Shown here: positions 1 through 11,558 of the stretch, one piece after another | Layout: every line of letters begins with the position of its first letter | Position numbering within the stretch: position 1 is the stretch's first letter | DNA from: Eledone cirrhosa | Lineage: Eukaryota | NCBI GenBank assembly: GCA_964016885.1 | Contig: OZ024740.1 | Coordinates: 204,352,001 to 204,416,000 of the forward strand | Direction: 5' to 3' | Length of the DNA stretch: 64,000 nt | Program-made: the position numbers and the translations under genes | Notes under the pieces: model-generated | The model's input: only the letters and a program-made list of their open reading frames with translations | What the model was told of the DNA's origin: nothing | Database searches by the model: none

Positions 1-180
1 AAGTAAGCAACACTGTGGCTTAAAACGTGAGGAAGAAGTTGTGTGCACTTACCAACTGTTTGGGGAATGAGTGTGAGATTTGTCTTGAGCAAGGGTGGCG
101 GAATAACCGGAGGCAACAGACAGCCAGACATACAGACAGATATAAGGGCGCGTTCTGGACGCAGAGCGAATTGTAGGAAG

Positions 181-785
181 TGACGTAATGCAGACAGCCG
201 ACATACAGACAGATATTATAAGGGCGCGACGTTATATGTATGTATCTATCTAAAAAGAGAAAGACTAATAATTATAGAGAGAGATCGCTAAATCGCCTAA
301 TGCGGTCCTTAAGGCATTGAAAATTTGAAATTGTTTTTGCTCAGAACACTCCCTGAAACATAAGTATTACATGTGTAAAGTTTGAAAACAGTCGGTTGGG
401 TGGTTCTCGAGTTTTAGGGATTCAAACTCACACACACACAGACAGACATCCTCAGTTTTATATATATAGACTAGCAGAAAACCACCCGGGGCGGTTTTCT
501 GCTAGTCTATATATCTCAAACAGACAATGTCTGTCTATCTGTCAGCTCACTAAAACTTGAGAACCATCCAACCGATTGTTTTCAAACTTTAGACATGTAA
601 TACTTATGGTCCTGTGAGTGTTTTGAGCAAAAATTATTTCAAATTTTCAATGCCCTAGGGACCGCATTAGGCGATTTAGCGTTCTCTCTATATAATTCTT
701 AGTCTTTCTTTTTAGATAGATACATAGATATAACGTTTCGCCCTTATAATATCTGTCTGTATGTCTGACTGTCTGCATTACGTCA
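181..785. mobile_element. ~600-bp imperfect palindrome made of two inverted non-autonomous Helitron-like elements
   Basis: Arm 181-470 is the reverse complement of 506-785 (TGACGTAATGCAGACAG ... CTGTCTGCATTACGTCA). Each arm starts at the centre with TCTATATAT...TGTCTGTCT, like a Helitron 5' TC end. The centre is the hairpin CTAGCAGAAAACC-N9-GGTTTTCTGCTAG (471-505), which ends in CTAG on both strands. Confidence 0.65.
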
Positions 786-1271
786 TTATGACGCGCTCAG
801 TGTGTGTGTGTGTGTGTGTATATATATATGTATCGTAATGCAGACAGCAAGACAAAGCTTTCCTTCCCCTCTTCCAGCGTCTCTCTCTCTCCTTCCCGCT
901 ATCCCCCTCTTGTAGTCTGTCTCTTTCTTTCACTCTCACTCTCTCTCTCTACGCGTCGGACAGACAGACAGAGAAATTGCTGGTTATATATTATAAGGAG
1001 ATGATATTATTTCAATGAAGAAATTCATGAAAGTCTAATGGAGACATTTTATTAATAATTGTAAATTTGTTTTATCAAACAAAACTCTTACAAACATTAA
1101 AAAATAATTCATGTTGAAACATAAAACAAGGATATGCTGGGTAAAGAACATAGAAAAATATGTAAAATAAAATAATTACGTGAAAGAAATTAAAAATGCA
1201 CATAATATTTACAGGAGTTGCTGTATAGGAATAAACAGATTTTAATTATCATTCTATTTATATTTATCTAG

Positions 1272-1410
1272 TTGGTGTCCGATTTGTTGATAAGATATCT
1301 GACAACGCTGGAGCTATCGAAGTTCTCGTTAAAAACGAATGGCAATCAATATGTCCGACTTCATGGAATGAAAACGCAGCATTTACAATATGTAACATGT
1401 TGGGTTTCGA
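1272..1410 (+). CDS. Exon of SRCR-domain protein (N-terminal half of an SRCR domain)
   Basis: Acceptor ttatctAG and donor GTgagt. 139 nt, phase 1 to 2. Translates to GVRFVDKISDNAGAIEVLVKNEWQSICPTSWNENAAFTICNMLGF, matching the SRCR pattern G.vEV....W..vC...W....A.v.C..LG. Confidence 0.85.
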
Positions 1411-1491
1411 GTGAGTAGAGAAAACTGTTGATATTTTGTTGAAGCTAAAGTCACTACTGTCTCAAATACGCAAATATTATTTCTCACCGCT

Positions 1492-1680
1492 AGGGCGGTG
1501 GATTGGCAGTATCGGTAGAGGGTCGGACGCCATGCTTTACAGCAAAGAGTTACGGCCCTTTATGATCTGAGTTCAAATCCCGCCAAGGTTAACTTTGCCT
1601 TTCATCCTTACGGGGTCGATAAAATAAAGTACCAGTAATACACTGGGATAATTGCTGGCCTTGTGCCAAAAGAAGAAACA
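1492..1680 (+). mobile_element. tRNA-derived SINE, full length
   Basis: A-box TGGCAGTATCGG, B-box GAGTTCAAATCC and core GTTAACTTTGCCTTTCATCCTTACGGGGTCGATAAAA. 11-bp direct repeat ATTATTTCTCA at 1476-1486 and 1681-1691. Many copies occur in the window. Confidence 0.85.
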
Positions 1681-1704
1681 ATTATTTCTCATCAGATGGA
1701 ACAC

Positions 1705-1845
1705 GTAATAGTGCTTTATTTTATCGACCCAGTAAGAATGAAAGGTTAAGCTAACCTCGGAGGGATTTGAACTCAGAACGTAAAGGGCTGTAACTCAATG
1801 CTGTAAAGCATGTTGATCGATGCTCTGCAGATTCTGCCAGCTCGA
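1705..1845 (-). mobile_element. tRNA-derived SINE (same family), diverged
   Basis: Reverse complement of the SINE core (TTTATCGACCC...GGATTTGAACTCAG...TTCTGCCA). Confidence 0.75.
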
Positions 1846-2020
1846 AGACGTTAAGAGTTAAATATTTGAGACATTTTCGTAGTAGAAAAGTTATAAGACT
1901 GTTTACTGCAACTCCTTGTAAAAAAATATACCATTTCATTATATATCCTGTATCAGAAATTGTTGTATCATGTATAATTCCGCAAAGACAATTTATAAAC
2001 ATGCAATTATTCTACTACTA

Positions 2021-2187
2021 TTTTATTCTTTTACTAGTTTCAGTCATTCGACTGTGACCATTCTGGAGCACTACCAACATAAGATTTAAACGATCATATC
2101 GAATCCAGTATTAATTATTTCAACTTTGGCACTTATTTTATTGGCCTCTGTTTTGTCAAACCACTAAGTTACGGAACATAAACAAAC
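2021..2187 (-). mobile_element. 3' part of a second SINE family
   Basis: The minus strand reads CCGTAACTTAGTGG...GTGCTCCAGAATGGTCACAGTCGAATGACTGAAACTAGTAAAAGA. This resembles the 3' end of an abundant octopus SINE (from recall). Confidence 0.6.
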
Positions 2188-2327
2188 ATAATCGTAAACA
2201 CAGTCATACACACTCATATACATACATACATACACACGTACATACATACATATACACATACATACATATATACATACATACACATACATACATACGTACA
2301 TACATACATGCATACATACATGCATAC

Positions 2328-3663
2328 TGAATACCTCAGAAGAGTAAAGAAAATATGGTCATCAGAACTGTCAGCATACAACAAATACATTGCCCACAAT
2401 ACTTATGCTGTGCCAATTCTAACGCCAACATTTGGCCTACTGAACTGGTCATTGCAAGAACTAAGTGAGATGGATGTTAGAACTCGAAAACTTCTCAGTG
2501 TTACTGGGAACTTTAACATCAATGGTGATGTGGATAGGCTATACTTCTCACGCAAGGAAGGTGGCCGGGGTCTAAAATCAATATTAGCAACATATGAGAC
2601 CCGGATAGTGACACTGAAGCAACACCTTCAACAGAGGAAAAAGGTTGGCAACCATCTTGCCCAGGTTTATGACCATGAAAAAAGAAATATCATTAGAATA
2701 GCGACTGATCTGGAGGAGAGATATGGAATAAAGCCCGATATAAATCTCTCACCCAGAGAAATCGGAAGATCCTATTCAATGTTCAAACAAGAAAAAAAAA
2801 TTGACCAATTTACAGAAAAAGTTGTGCATGGATACTTGAGGCGTAAAACACAGACCATAGAGGGGATAAACCACTCAAAAAGCCTGGCATGGAGTTCCGA
2901 CAAGTTTATGACATCACACCTTGAGGGATATCTCTATGCAATACAGGAACAAGAACTCCCTACCAAATATCTACTGCACAAAAGAGGAGGGCCAGCAGCT
3001 GACAATAAATGTAGGCTATGTAAAACAAAGATCGAGGATGTAAGCCACATTGTTGCCAGCTGCGAAAGAATGTCATCTCGCTACTACCTCCCCATGAGAC
3101 ACGATGGGATAGCTAGAACCATCTGGAACGCACTTCGGAAAACAAAATTAACAACAAACGAGGAAGAATATATTGAGACAGATGGCACTAAGGAATACTG
3201 GTGGAACCTGAAAATAAAAACTGCCACCAAATTAAAGCACAACCGGCCTGATATTGTAGTTTGGGACCACACATTGAAAACGTGTTCTGTTGTGGAGATC
3301 AGCTGCCCACTTGATGTAAACGTTGTCAGAAAAATACAGGAGAAGGAGGACATCTACGGACCATTGATGAGGAGTTTACAAATCCAGTATCCAAGATACA
3401 CCTTTAGCTTCATACCCATCATTATTGGTGCTACGGGTTATATACCAACCCGCTTGGACCAAAGTATGACTGAACTTGGATTTGCGGACAAAAAGCGCAG
3501 CTCCCTAATTCATAGTCTACAAATGGCTGCGATAGCTGGCACCTTCAAAATTTGCAAAACATTCTTGCGATTCAAGGGATGACAATTTCTTTTCTTTTAC
3601 AACCTTGCCACCAGGAAGGTGGCCGGTCAAAAAAATATACTCAAAATTAAGAGAAAGAGAAAA
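2328..3663 (+). mobile_element. 5'-truncated R4/Dong-type RLE non-LTR retrotransposon inserted in (TACA)n
   Basis: Open frame to 3582 with RT thumb ([11 protein letters not shown]), CCHC knuckle (CRLCKTKIEDVSHIVASC), RHD, and RLE motifs (RPDIVVWD..VVEISCP..KE..Y). (TACA)n lies on both sides. Confidence 0.88.
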
Positions 3664-3737
3664 CATACATACATACATACATACATACATACATACATAC
3701 ATACATACATACATACATACATACATACATACATACA

Positions 3738-4250
3738 TGATATTCTATCGGATGTATCTTATCAACCTCTACCAACAAGTTCTCAAGGGAGATACATATA
3801 TACCAGAATGGTTGGCATTAGCACAAACAATACTGGTCCTCAAGAACAAAGACACCTACTTGACAAAAAACTACCGACCTATTGCATGCCAGAACCTGAT
3901 GTAGAAGATGTATACAGCCTGCCTGAACCTATATCTCCAAGATCACAGTAATTGTTTCTATTATTTGGCACAAGGCCAGCAATTACCCAGTGCATTACTA
4001 GTACTTTATTTTATCGACCCCGTAAGGATGAAAGGCAAAGTTAACCTAGGCGGGATTTGAACTCAGAATGGCAAGGGCCGTAACTCTATGCGTCAAAGCA
4101 TGGCGTCCGACCCTCTACCGATACTGCCAATCCACCACCATCACTGTGAAAATAATAACATCATCACAGATGAACAAGTAGCTGGAAAGAAAGGTGTTTA
4201 GAGGTGTGCTGGACAACTCCTAATTAACAAAACTACGATGTCAGAGGTAT
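3738..4250 (+). pseudogene. Decayed R4/Dong-type RT fragment interrupted by a SINE
   Basis: IPEWL..TILVLK..KNYRPIACQNLM*KMYTACL..DH / CENNNIITDEQ.AGKKG, with in-frame stops. The reading continues across the SINE at 3950-4139. Confidence 0.75.
3950..4139 (-). mobile_element. tRNA-derived SINE, full length
   Basis: Close reverse complement of 1492-1680. TSD-like ATCACAGT (3942-3949) and ATCACTGT (4140-4147). Confidence 0.85.
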
Positions 4251-4266
4251 GACATACATATACATA

Positions 4267-4905
4267 ACATGAAAGAGTACTGGTGGAATGTTCCAGTAAA
4301 AGCCCCAATAAAATGCAGGCATAACAAACCAGATATAATGATATGGGACAGGGAAAGAATGCATGCACAGTAGTGGGAGTTAGCTACCCAGCAGATGCCA
4401 ATATAATATTAAGGATTAACAAAAAGGAGAATATCTATGCAGAACTAATGAGAAATCTACAGATACTCCACCCTGATTATACCTTCAGATTTATGTCTCT
4501 GATTATTGGGGCACTGGGATATGTTAGTAACTTCCTCAATACAATTCTTGAGAAGCTTGGTTTCACAGAAATAAAAAGAAAACGACTAGTTAGAAAATTA
4601 CGAGTACAATCCATTAACGGAACAGTAAAAATATGTAAAAATTTCCAATGATTCGGCATCTAATAACTATATACACTTGTACAGATACAAAGCATATGCA
4701 CATGCACACATACAATTCAAAACATCCACATCCACACATACAATAACATCCATACCTGCAAACACATGCATAAATGCAGACATGCATACATATCTACCTA
4801 GTTGATATTGTGCAAATTCCAATGAGAGAGTCTTGTATCTATATTAGAAACCGACTCTCTCTCTATTGGAAAAAATTGTGAAATTATAAAACCAGAAGAA
4901 CATAA
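4267..4905 (+). pseudogene. 3' end (RLE domain plus 3' UTR) of a decayed R4/Dong-type LINE
   Basis: WWNVPVKAPIKCRHNKPDIMIWD, then a frameshift to VGVSYP..KKENIYAELMRNLQ..IIGALGY..GTVKICKNF. Homologous to the C-terminus of the 2328-3582 ORF. Followed by (TACA)n. Confidence 0.78.
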
Positions 4906-4955
4906 ATACATGCATACATACATACATACATACATACATACATACATACATACAT

Positions 4956-5359
4956 GGTGGCTGCCAACTCGTTTTCGAGTACGGCCACTACTTTATATCC
5001 ATGTAGAACCCTTACCGATGCGCTGAACGAGTGTGACTTTTTAGTCCAGCCAGCGACTTGAAAACTCTGGTACAAACATTACACTTGTGACAATTATTGA
5101 CACATAGTGCTGGGCTCATGGTACCATGTGACGACAAGTGCAGAGAGATCTCCAGATATAAAGCAATGCCTGTGCCGTGAAGCTTTTATAGTGAGCAAAG
5201 GCACTGCACAAAGCCAGTCCCACTCTCTTAACCAAGATGATATTTACCAAAAATAAGAACAAGTCAACATCATTGGATACCATCAGGGTTGCAGGTGTTA
5301 TATCAGAGTTTTCCTTCTCCTAGAATTCTGCCTTGACAAAGGCTAAGGGTCATCTCTCC
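4956..5359 (-). mobile_element. RTE-derived non-autonomous bipartite element (RTE 5' UTR joined to RTE 3' end)
   Basis: The minus strand carries ACCTGC..GATGTTGAC..AGAGAGTGGGA..GCACAGGCATTGC, shared with the RTE 5' UTR (7350-7507). It ends ACTCGAAAACGAGTTGGCAGCCACC(ATGT)n, like the RTE 3' end at 11597-11621. Confidence 0.7.
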
Positions 5360-5475
5360 TACATACATACATACATACATACATACATACATACATACAT
5401 ACATACATACATACATACATACATGCATGCATGCATGCATACATACATACATACATACATACATACATACATACA

Positions 5476-5506
<31 letters not shown>

Positions 5507-5734
5507 GTGTGTGTGTGAGTGTGATGTTGCCGGCAAAAAGTGGCGCTCTATTGCAGTAGAGCACCACTCGTCGCCAACACCACATTCCATTTCCTTCCTT
5601 TTGAAAAAGGTATTATAATCTCGAAATATTGTGAAATGTAAGGTAAAAGAATAAGCTGCTGTTTTGTTTTATTTTTCTCACTTTACTCTACTCTGGTTTC
5701 ACTCTTCTGTTTCTAACTTGCATTGTAATACATT

Positions 5735-5754
5735 TATGTATGTATGTATGTATG

Positions 5755-5788
<34 letters not shown>

Positions 5789-6032
5789 TGTATGTATGTA
5801 TGTATGTATGTATTATGTATGTATGTATGTATGTATGCATGCATGCGCGTGTGTGTGTGTGTGTGTGCGTGCGCGCGTGCGTGTGTGTATGTATGTATGT
5901 ATGTATGTATGTATGTATGTATTATGTATGTATGTATGTATGCATGCATGCGCGTGTGTGTGTGTGTGTGTGCGTGCGCGCGTGCGTGTGTGTATGTATG
6001 TATGTATGTATGTATGTATGTATGTATGTATG
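5735..6032. repeat. Compound microsatellite (TATG/TG/CG) with a ~109-bp tandem duplication
   Basis: The block TATTATGTATG..GCATGCATGCGCG(TG)nCGTGCGCGCGTGCG occurs at about 5811 and again at about 5920. Confidence 0.85.
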
Positions 6033-6726
6033 AGGGAGCTTATAGATAGGACAACACACGCTGTCTCTTCGTGGGGTAAGTTTTTAATTAATTTTTGTAT
6101 TCTGAAACATCAAAATACAACAATTTGTTGGTTACTGGACTCGGGAATGTCACGACAGAAGTTAGTGGAAGTTACACAAATATTTTAGTATATTTTAGCA
6201 GAGCAATCCTTATTTATATTTTACATTTACTTACATCTCAATATAACATGGCTAGAATTCAAATTTTGCTAAGAGAAGAAAACGGTCAAATGAACTAGAT
6301 ACATCTCACTGTCCACACCACCACAATAACGTCTACACTCTCTCCCCACCATCACATGTCATTACCATACCATACCCTATCGAGACTAAAGTCATCGACC
6401 TGTTGTCAAACTCTCTACTCTCTGATGAATGTATATATATATATGTGTGTGTATGTATATGTGTGTATATACATCACTCAGTCAAACAACCAGATTTCAA
6501 CCCCAACATCTACAACAACAACAACACCGGCACTAATGTTTACAGCAACAACAGCTTCAGAATGAACTGAAATGAACATTTACAACAATTACAACAACAA
6601 CAACAACAGCGGCATCAAAACATAAAAAAAGGAAGGGAAAAGAAAAAAGAAAAGGGAAGGGAAAAAAAAAAAAGGAAAAAAAAAGGGAGAAAAAAAGAAA
6701 GGAAAAAAAAAAAAACTCAAAATAAC

Positions 6727-6763
<37 letters not shown>

Positions 6764-7200
6764 CAGAACAACAACATCAACTGCCACCACCACCACCACC
6801 GCCACCGCCGTCGCCATCACCATCACCAGCGACCTTAAGAACAACTTTAATAATAATTTTTCTGCTTTTGGCACGGATCCAGCGACTGGCCAGCGCATCA
6901 CTGGTACTCTCTTTTGTTGACTCCGTGGAGAGCCATAACTCTATGCTGTAAAGCAATTATAGTAATACTGGACTGTAATACGATCGGCTTCAACTATACA
7001 AACTCTTGAAAGTCAACAGTTGACATAATCTGGTAATCTTGTATCAGTAATGACGGTAATATATATATATATATATGTGTGTGTGTGCGTGTAAGTGAGT
7101 AGAGTAGCGTGTGTGTGTGTTTGTTGTGTGTGTGAGTGTTGCTGTGTGCACGCATATGTATGCGTGTGTGTGTATGTCGTACGTATAAGTGTCAATAAGT

Positions 7201-7232
<32 letters not shown>

Positions 7233-7234
<2 letters not shown>

Positions 7235-7533
7235 GCGGGGACATAGAAATAATCGGGCTGGATGCCCGATCGCGCAGTTAAACCACTGGGAGTGAAGAAC
7301 CCCTAGCCCATGTCAGGGTATTCTTCTAGGAGAAGGCATCTCAGGAAACTGGGTTAACTCCGATATAAAACCTGCGGCTCAGTAGTTACCGATGATGTTG
7401 ATCTTTTCTTCTTTTCGGGTTATAGCTACTGTCGCTCAGAGAGTGGGATTGGTTCAGTGCACAGTCTTTCCTCACTTTAAAAATATTCGTCACGCACAGG
7501 CATTGCACGAGTGCATTAATAATTATTAATAGT

Positions 7534-7570
<37 letters not shown>

Positions 7571-7575
7571 TATTA

Positions 7576-7607
<32 letters not shown>

Positions 7608-10600
7608 CCCAATTCAATGATGTTCCAGAACAATGTAAACGAGATAATTGCCAATTTGGGTTCTGGAACAAAAGAGATCATTGGCAATAAGGGCAGGGGC
7701 CCCAAGTTATCACAACCTGGGCCCGCCCGTCATCGTGCCATTGTAATAGAGCCAAACAGGGCATTTAGTCTTGGCTGCTGGAACGTACGGACGCTGCTTG
7801 ACAGGGATTCTTTGGAGCGTCCTGAACGAAGGACCGCTCTTGTTGCGAAGGAGCTTCGACGTTACGATCTTGACATCGTGGCTTTGTCTGAGACGAGGTT
7901 AGCTGGAGATGGTCATCTTACGGAATTTTGTGGAGAATATACATTCTTCTGGAAAGGAAGAGATGAAGGAACCAGAAGAGAGGCTGGGGTAGGATTTGCT
8001 GTTAAGACTGTACTGGTGAATAAATTAGAAGAATTTCCAGTGGGGATTAGTGAGCGTCTTATGTCCATGAGAGTTCCGCTGGACAAGGGAAGATATGCTA
8101 CCCTGGTGAGTGTGTATGCTCCAACTATGAATTCTGTCGATGAAGAAAAACTGTCCTTTTACCATGCCTTGAAAGGTGTTTTAAGAAATATCCCTCAGGC
8201 AGACAAAGTCATCGTGCTTGGTGACTTTAATGCTAGAGTGGGTAGGGATTTTAACACATGGAATGTAATCGGAAGGCATGGGGTGGGAAAGTGTAACAGC
8301 AATGGTATGCTCTTGCTGCAGATGTGTGAGGAGCTGGATCTGTGTGTTACCAACACCATGTTCCAACAAAAGAACAAATTCAAGACCACATGGATGCATC
8401 CTGCATCTAAGGAATGGCATCTTTTGGACTACGTCCTAGTCAGGATGCGTGACAGACAGGATGTGCGGTGTGTTCGTGTTCTTCGTGGAGCTGAGTGCTG
8501 GACGGACCACCGCCTGGTACGCGCAAAAGTGAATCTAATCACCAAACGTAAAATCCGGGCTCCTGGTGTTACCCTGCCCAAAAGATTGAATGCTGCTCGT
8601 CTTAAGGATAAAAATGTGAAGAGGACATTGGAAGAAGAGATGCAGGCTGCAGATCTTGGTGAGGATTGGCCGACCCTTAAAAAGTCGGTTTATGATGTAG
8701 GCAGACGTGTTCTGGGATTGGTGCAGAGAAAACATCGGGACTGGTTTAATGAGAAAGATGTGCATATAGATGACTTGTTGGCTGATAAGAGGCGCGCTCT
8801 GTCACGCTACTTGACGGCAAGACCACAGGAGAGGAATACGTTGCATGAGGAGCTCAGGGATGTAAAATCACGTGTTAGGCGGAGTCTTTCTCAGATGAAG
8901 GATCGGTGGTGGAGTGAGAAGGCTGGTGAGATACAAACTGCGTCTGATTGCAATAACACAAAGCTGTTGTACAGTCTCTTGCGTGAGGTTTATGGACCGT
9001 CTTCTTCTCTGGTGACACCGATTCGCAGCAGGGATGGCAAAGAACTTCTTCGTGACTCACAGGGAATTCTACGAAGGTGGCGAGAGCACTTTGATGATCT
9101 TTTGAATCAGCCGTCTGTCGTCAGTGAAGATTTCCTCAATCTCATTCCGGAAAGTCCTGTGAAAGTAGCTCTCGCAGAGCCTCCGACACTTGTGGAGGTT
9201 GCAGTGGCTATTTCGAAGCTGAACAGTGGAAGATCTCCAGGTATGGATGGCATACATGCTGAGCTCCTACAATATGGTGGTGAGAGACTCCTGCAACATC
9301 TTCACTCTCTGTTTGGAAGGATATGGGCTAATGAATCCGTGCCTGAGGACTGGAGAGATGCAGTAATGGTGGTCTTGTACAAGGGAAAGGGTAACAGGAA
9401 TGATTGTGGGAACTACAGAGGTATATCATTGCTTTCTGTCGTGGGGAAAGTTTTATGTAGGGTGCTTCTGGACCGTCTGCTGACACACATTGCAGATTGT
9501 GTCCTTCCTGAAAGTCAATCTGGTTTTCGTGTTGGACGCGGCACTACTGATATGATCTTCTCAGCTAGACAGCTCCAGGAGAGGTGCATTGAACAGGGCT
9601 TGGATCTGTATCAGGTTTTTGTCGATCTGACAAAGGCTTTCGATACTGTCAACAGAGATGCATTATGGAAGGTTCTCCAGAAACTTGGTTGCCCTGATAA
9701 GTTCCTTGCTTTAGTTAGGTCTTTCCATGACGACATGAAGGCTTGGGTTAATGTCGGAGGTAACATGTCGGAGCCTATCTCAGTAAAAAATGGAGTGAAA
9801 CAGGGGGATATTCCAGCACCGACCCTGTTTGCCATATACTTTGCAATGGTTTTCTGTGTTGCATTCAGGAATTGCGAGCATGGTGTTTACATCCGATATC
9901 GAACCTCAGGCAGCATATTTAACATCAGGCGCTTTGCTGCGAAGACAAAGGTATTTACATCGGTCATAAGAGACCTCTTGTATGCAGATGATTGCGATCT
10001 TGTAGCGCACACAGAGAGTGATATGCAGCACATTTTGAATGTATTTTCTGACGCTTGCACTGCCCTGGGTTTGACTGTCAGTCTCAAGAAAACCGTCGTC
10101 ATGTACCAACCTGCACCTGGTAGGCAGTACACTGAACCAAACATCTATGTGTATGGCAAACGACTTGGAGTGGTTGATCAGTTTGTCTACCTGGGAAGCA
10201 CTGTCAATCGACACGGCAACCTTGACAGTGAAATCTCACTTAGGATTAGGAAAGCAAGTGATGCTTTCGGAAAGCTAGAAAGGCGACTCTGGGGTCGGCG
10301 AGACATATGCAGGAGGACAAAGGTAAAGGTGTACAGGGCATGTGTACTCTCTTGTCTTCTTTATGCCTGCGAGACCTGGGTCACATATCGACGCCACCTT
10401 AAGCAATTGGAGCGTTTCCATCAGATGTGTCTCAGACGGATACATGGCGTTCGCTGGAGGGACCACATCAGTGATGTCGAGATTTTGGAAAGCTCTATGT
10501 GTGACAGTATAGAAGCTCTTGTGCTTAAGCAGCGACTCCGTTGGAGTGGTCACCTTGCCAGGATGAAGGATTCTAGAATACCAAAACAACTCTTCTATGG

Positions 10601-11170
10601 AGAGTTGGTTAAAGGAAAACGACCGCCACATAAACCAAAAAAGAGGTATAAGGATTCCTTGAAGGCCTCTCTGAGAGACGCTAACATCTCTGCTGATACA
10701 TGGGAAAATGTTGCTGCTGATCGTAATAAATGGAGAAAGACTGTATATGAGGGAAAAGTTGCCTTTGAGGCATCTCGAATCGCACACGAGAAAGTAAAGC
10801 GGGACGTGAGGAAGGGTATTGCTGTTGCACTTCCAGACGGCGAGGGTCCTCCTATGTTTCTGACATGCAGCGTCTGTGCGAGACTCTGCCTAAGCAAAGC
10901 TGGACTCGAAAGTCATCTTCGCAGTCATAAAGTAAGACCAGTGGTTGACTACCAGGCTGCTGTTGGAGATGCTACTCATCATGCTTGCCAAACATGTGGT
11001 AGAGAATGTAAATCAGCAGGAGGACTCAAGCGACATGCAAAAGTACACGAACTCCAACCACAGCCGACTATTCCCAGTAAATGTTTTGGTTGCCGACTCT
11101 GTGCAAGACATTTTGGATCATTGGCTGGGCTAAAAAGCCACATTCGATCGCAGCACTGTTAGTTGCTATC

Positions 11171-11212
<42 letters not shown>

Positions 11213-11287
11213 GCTTATGTGCGTGCGTGTGTGTGTATATATGAATATGTATATTATTATTGTTGTTGTCGTTATTATTATTATTGC

Positions 11288-11318
<31 letters not shown>

Positions 11319-11513
11319 TTATTATTATTATTATTGTTATTAATGTATGTGTGTATGTATGTGTGAGTGTATGTGTATGTATGTGTGTGTGTATATATGT
11401 ATGTATGTGTGTGTATGTGTGTGTATATATATGTGTATATATATATATATGTATATATATGAGTGTATATATATATATATATATATATCTTTTTTTTTTT
11501 TTTTTTTTTTATT

Positions 11514-11558
<45 letters not shown>

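Noticed and set aside
1-10. Possible splice donor AA/GTAAGC at the window start
   Set aside because: The upstream exon would be outside the window, so it cannot be evaluated.
5303-6188. ORFs rich in YVCM/HTYI (also near 2.2, 3.6, 6.6, 7.0, 11.1-11.7, 12.3 and 14.2 kb)
   Set aside because: These are translations of microsatellites.
6415-6490. CTGATGA followed by an ATGTAT..ATACAT stem as a hammerhead
   Set aside because: No GAAA box or stem III follows. At best a decayed remnant.
8181-10897. Minus-strand ORFs within the RTE
   Set aside because: Antisense shadows of the long RT ORF with no recognisable motifs.
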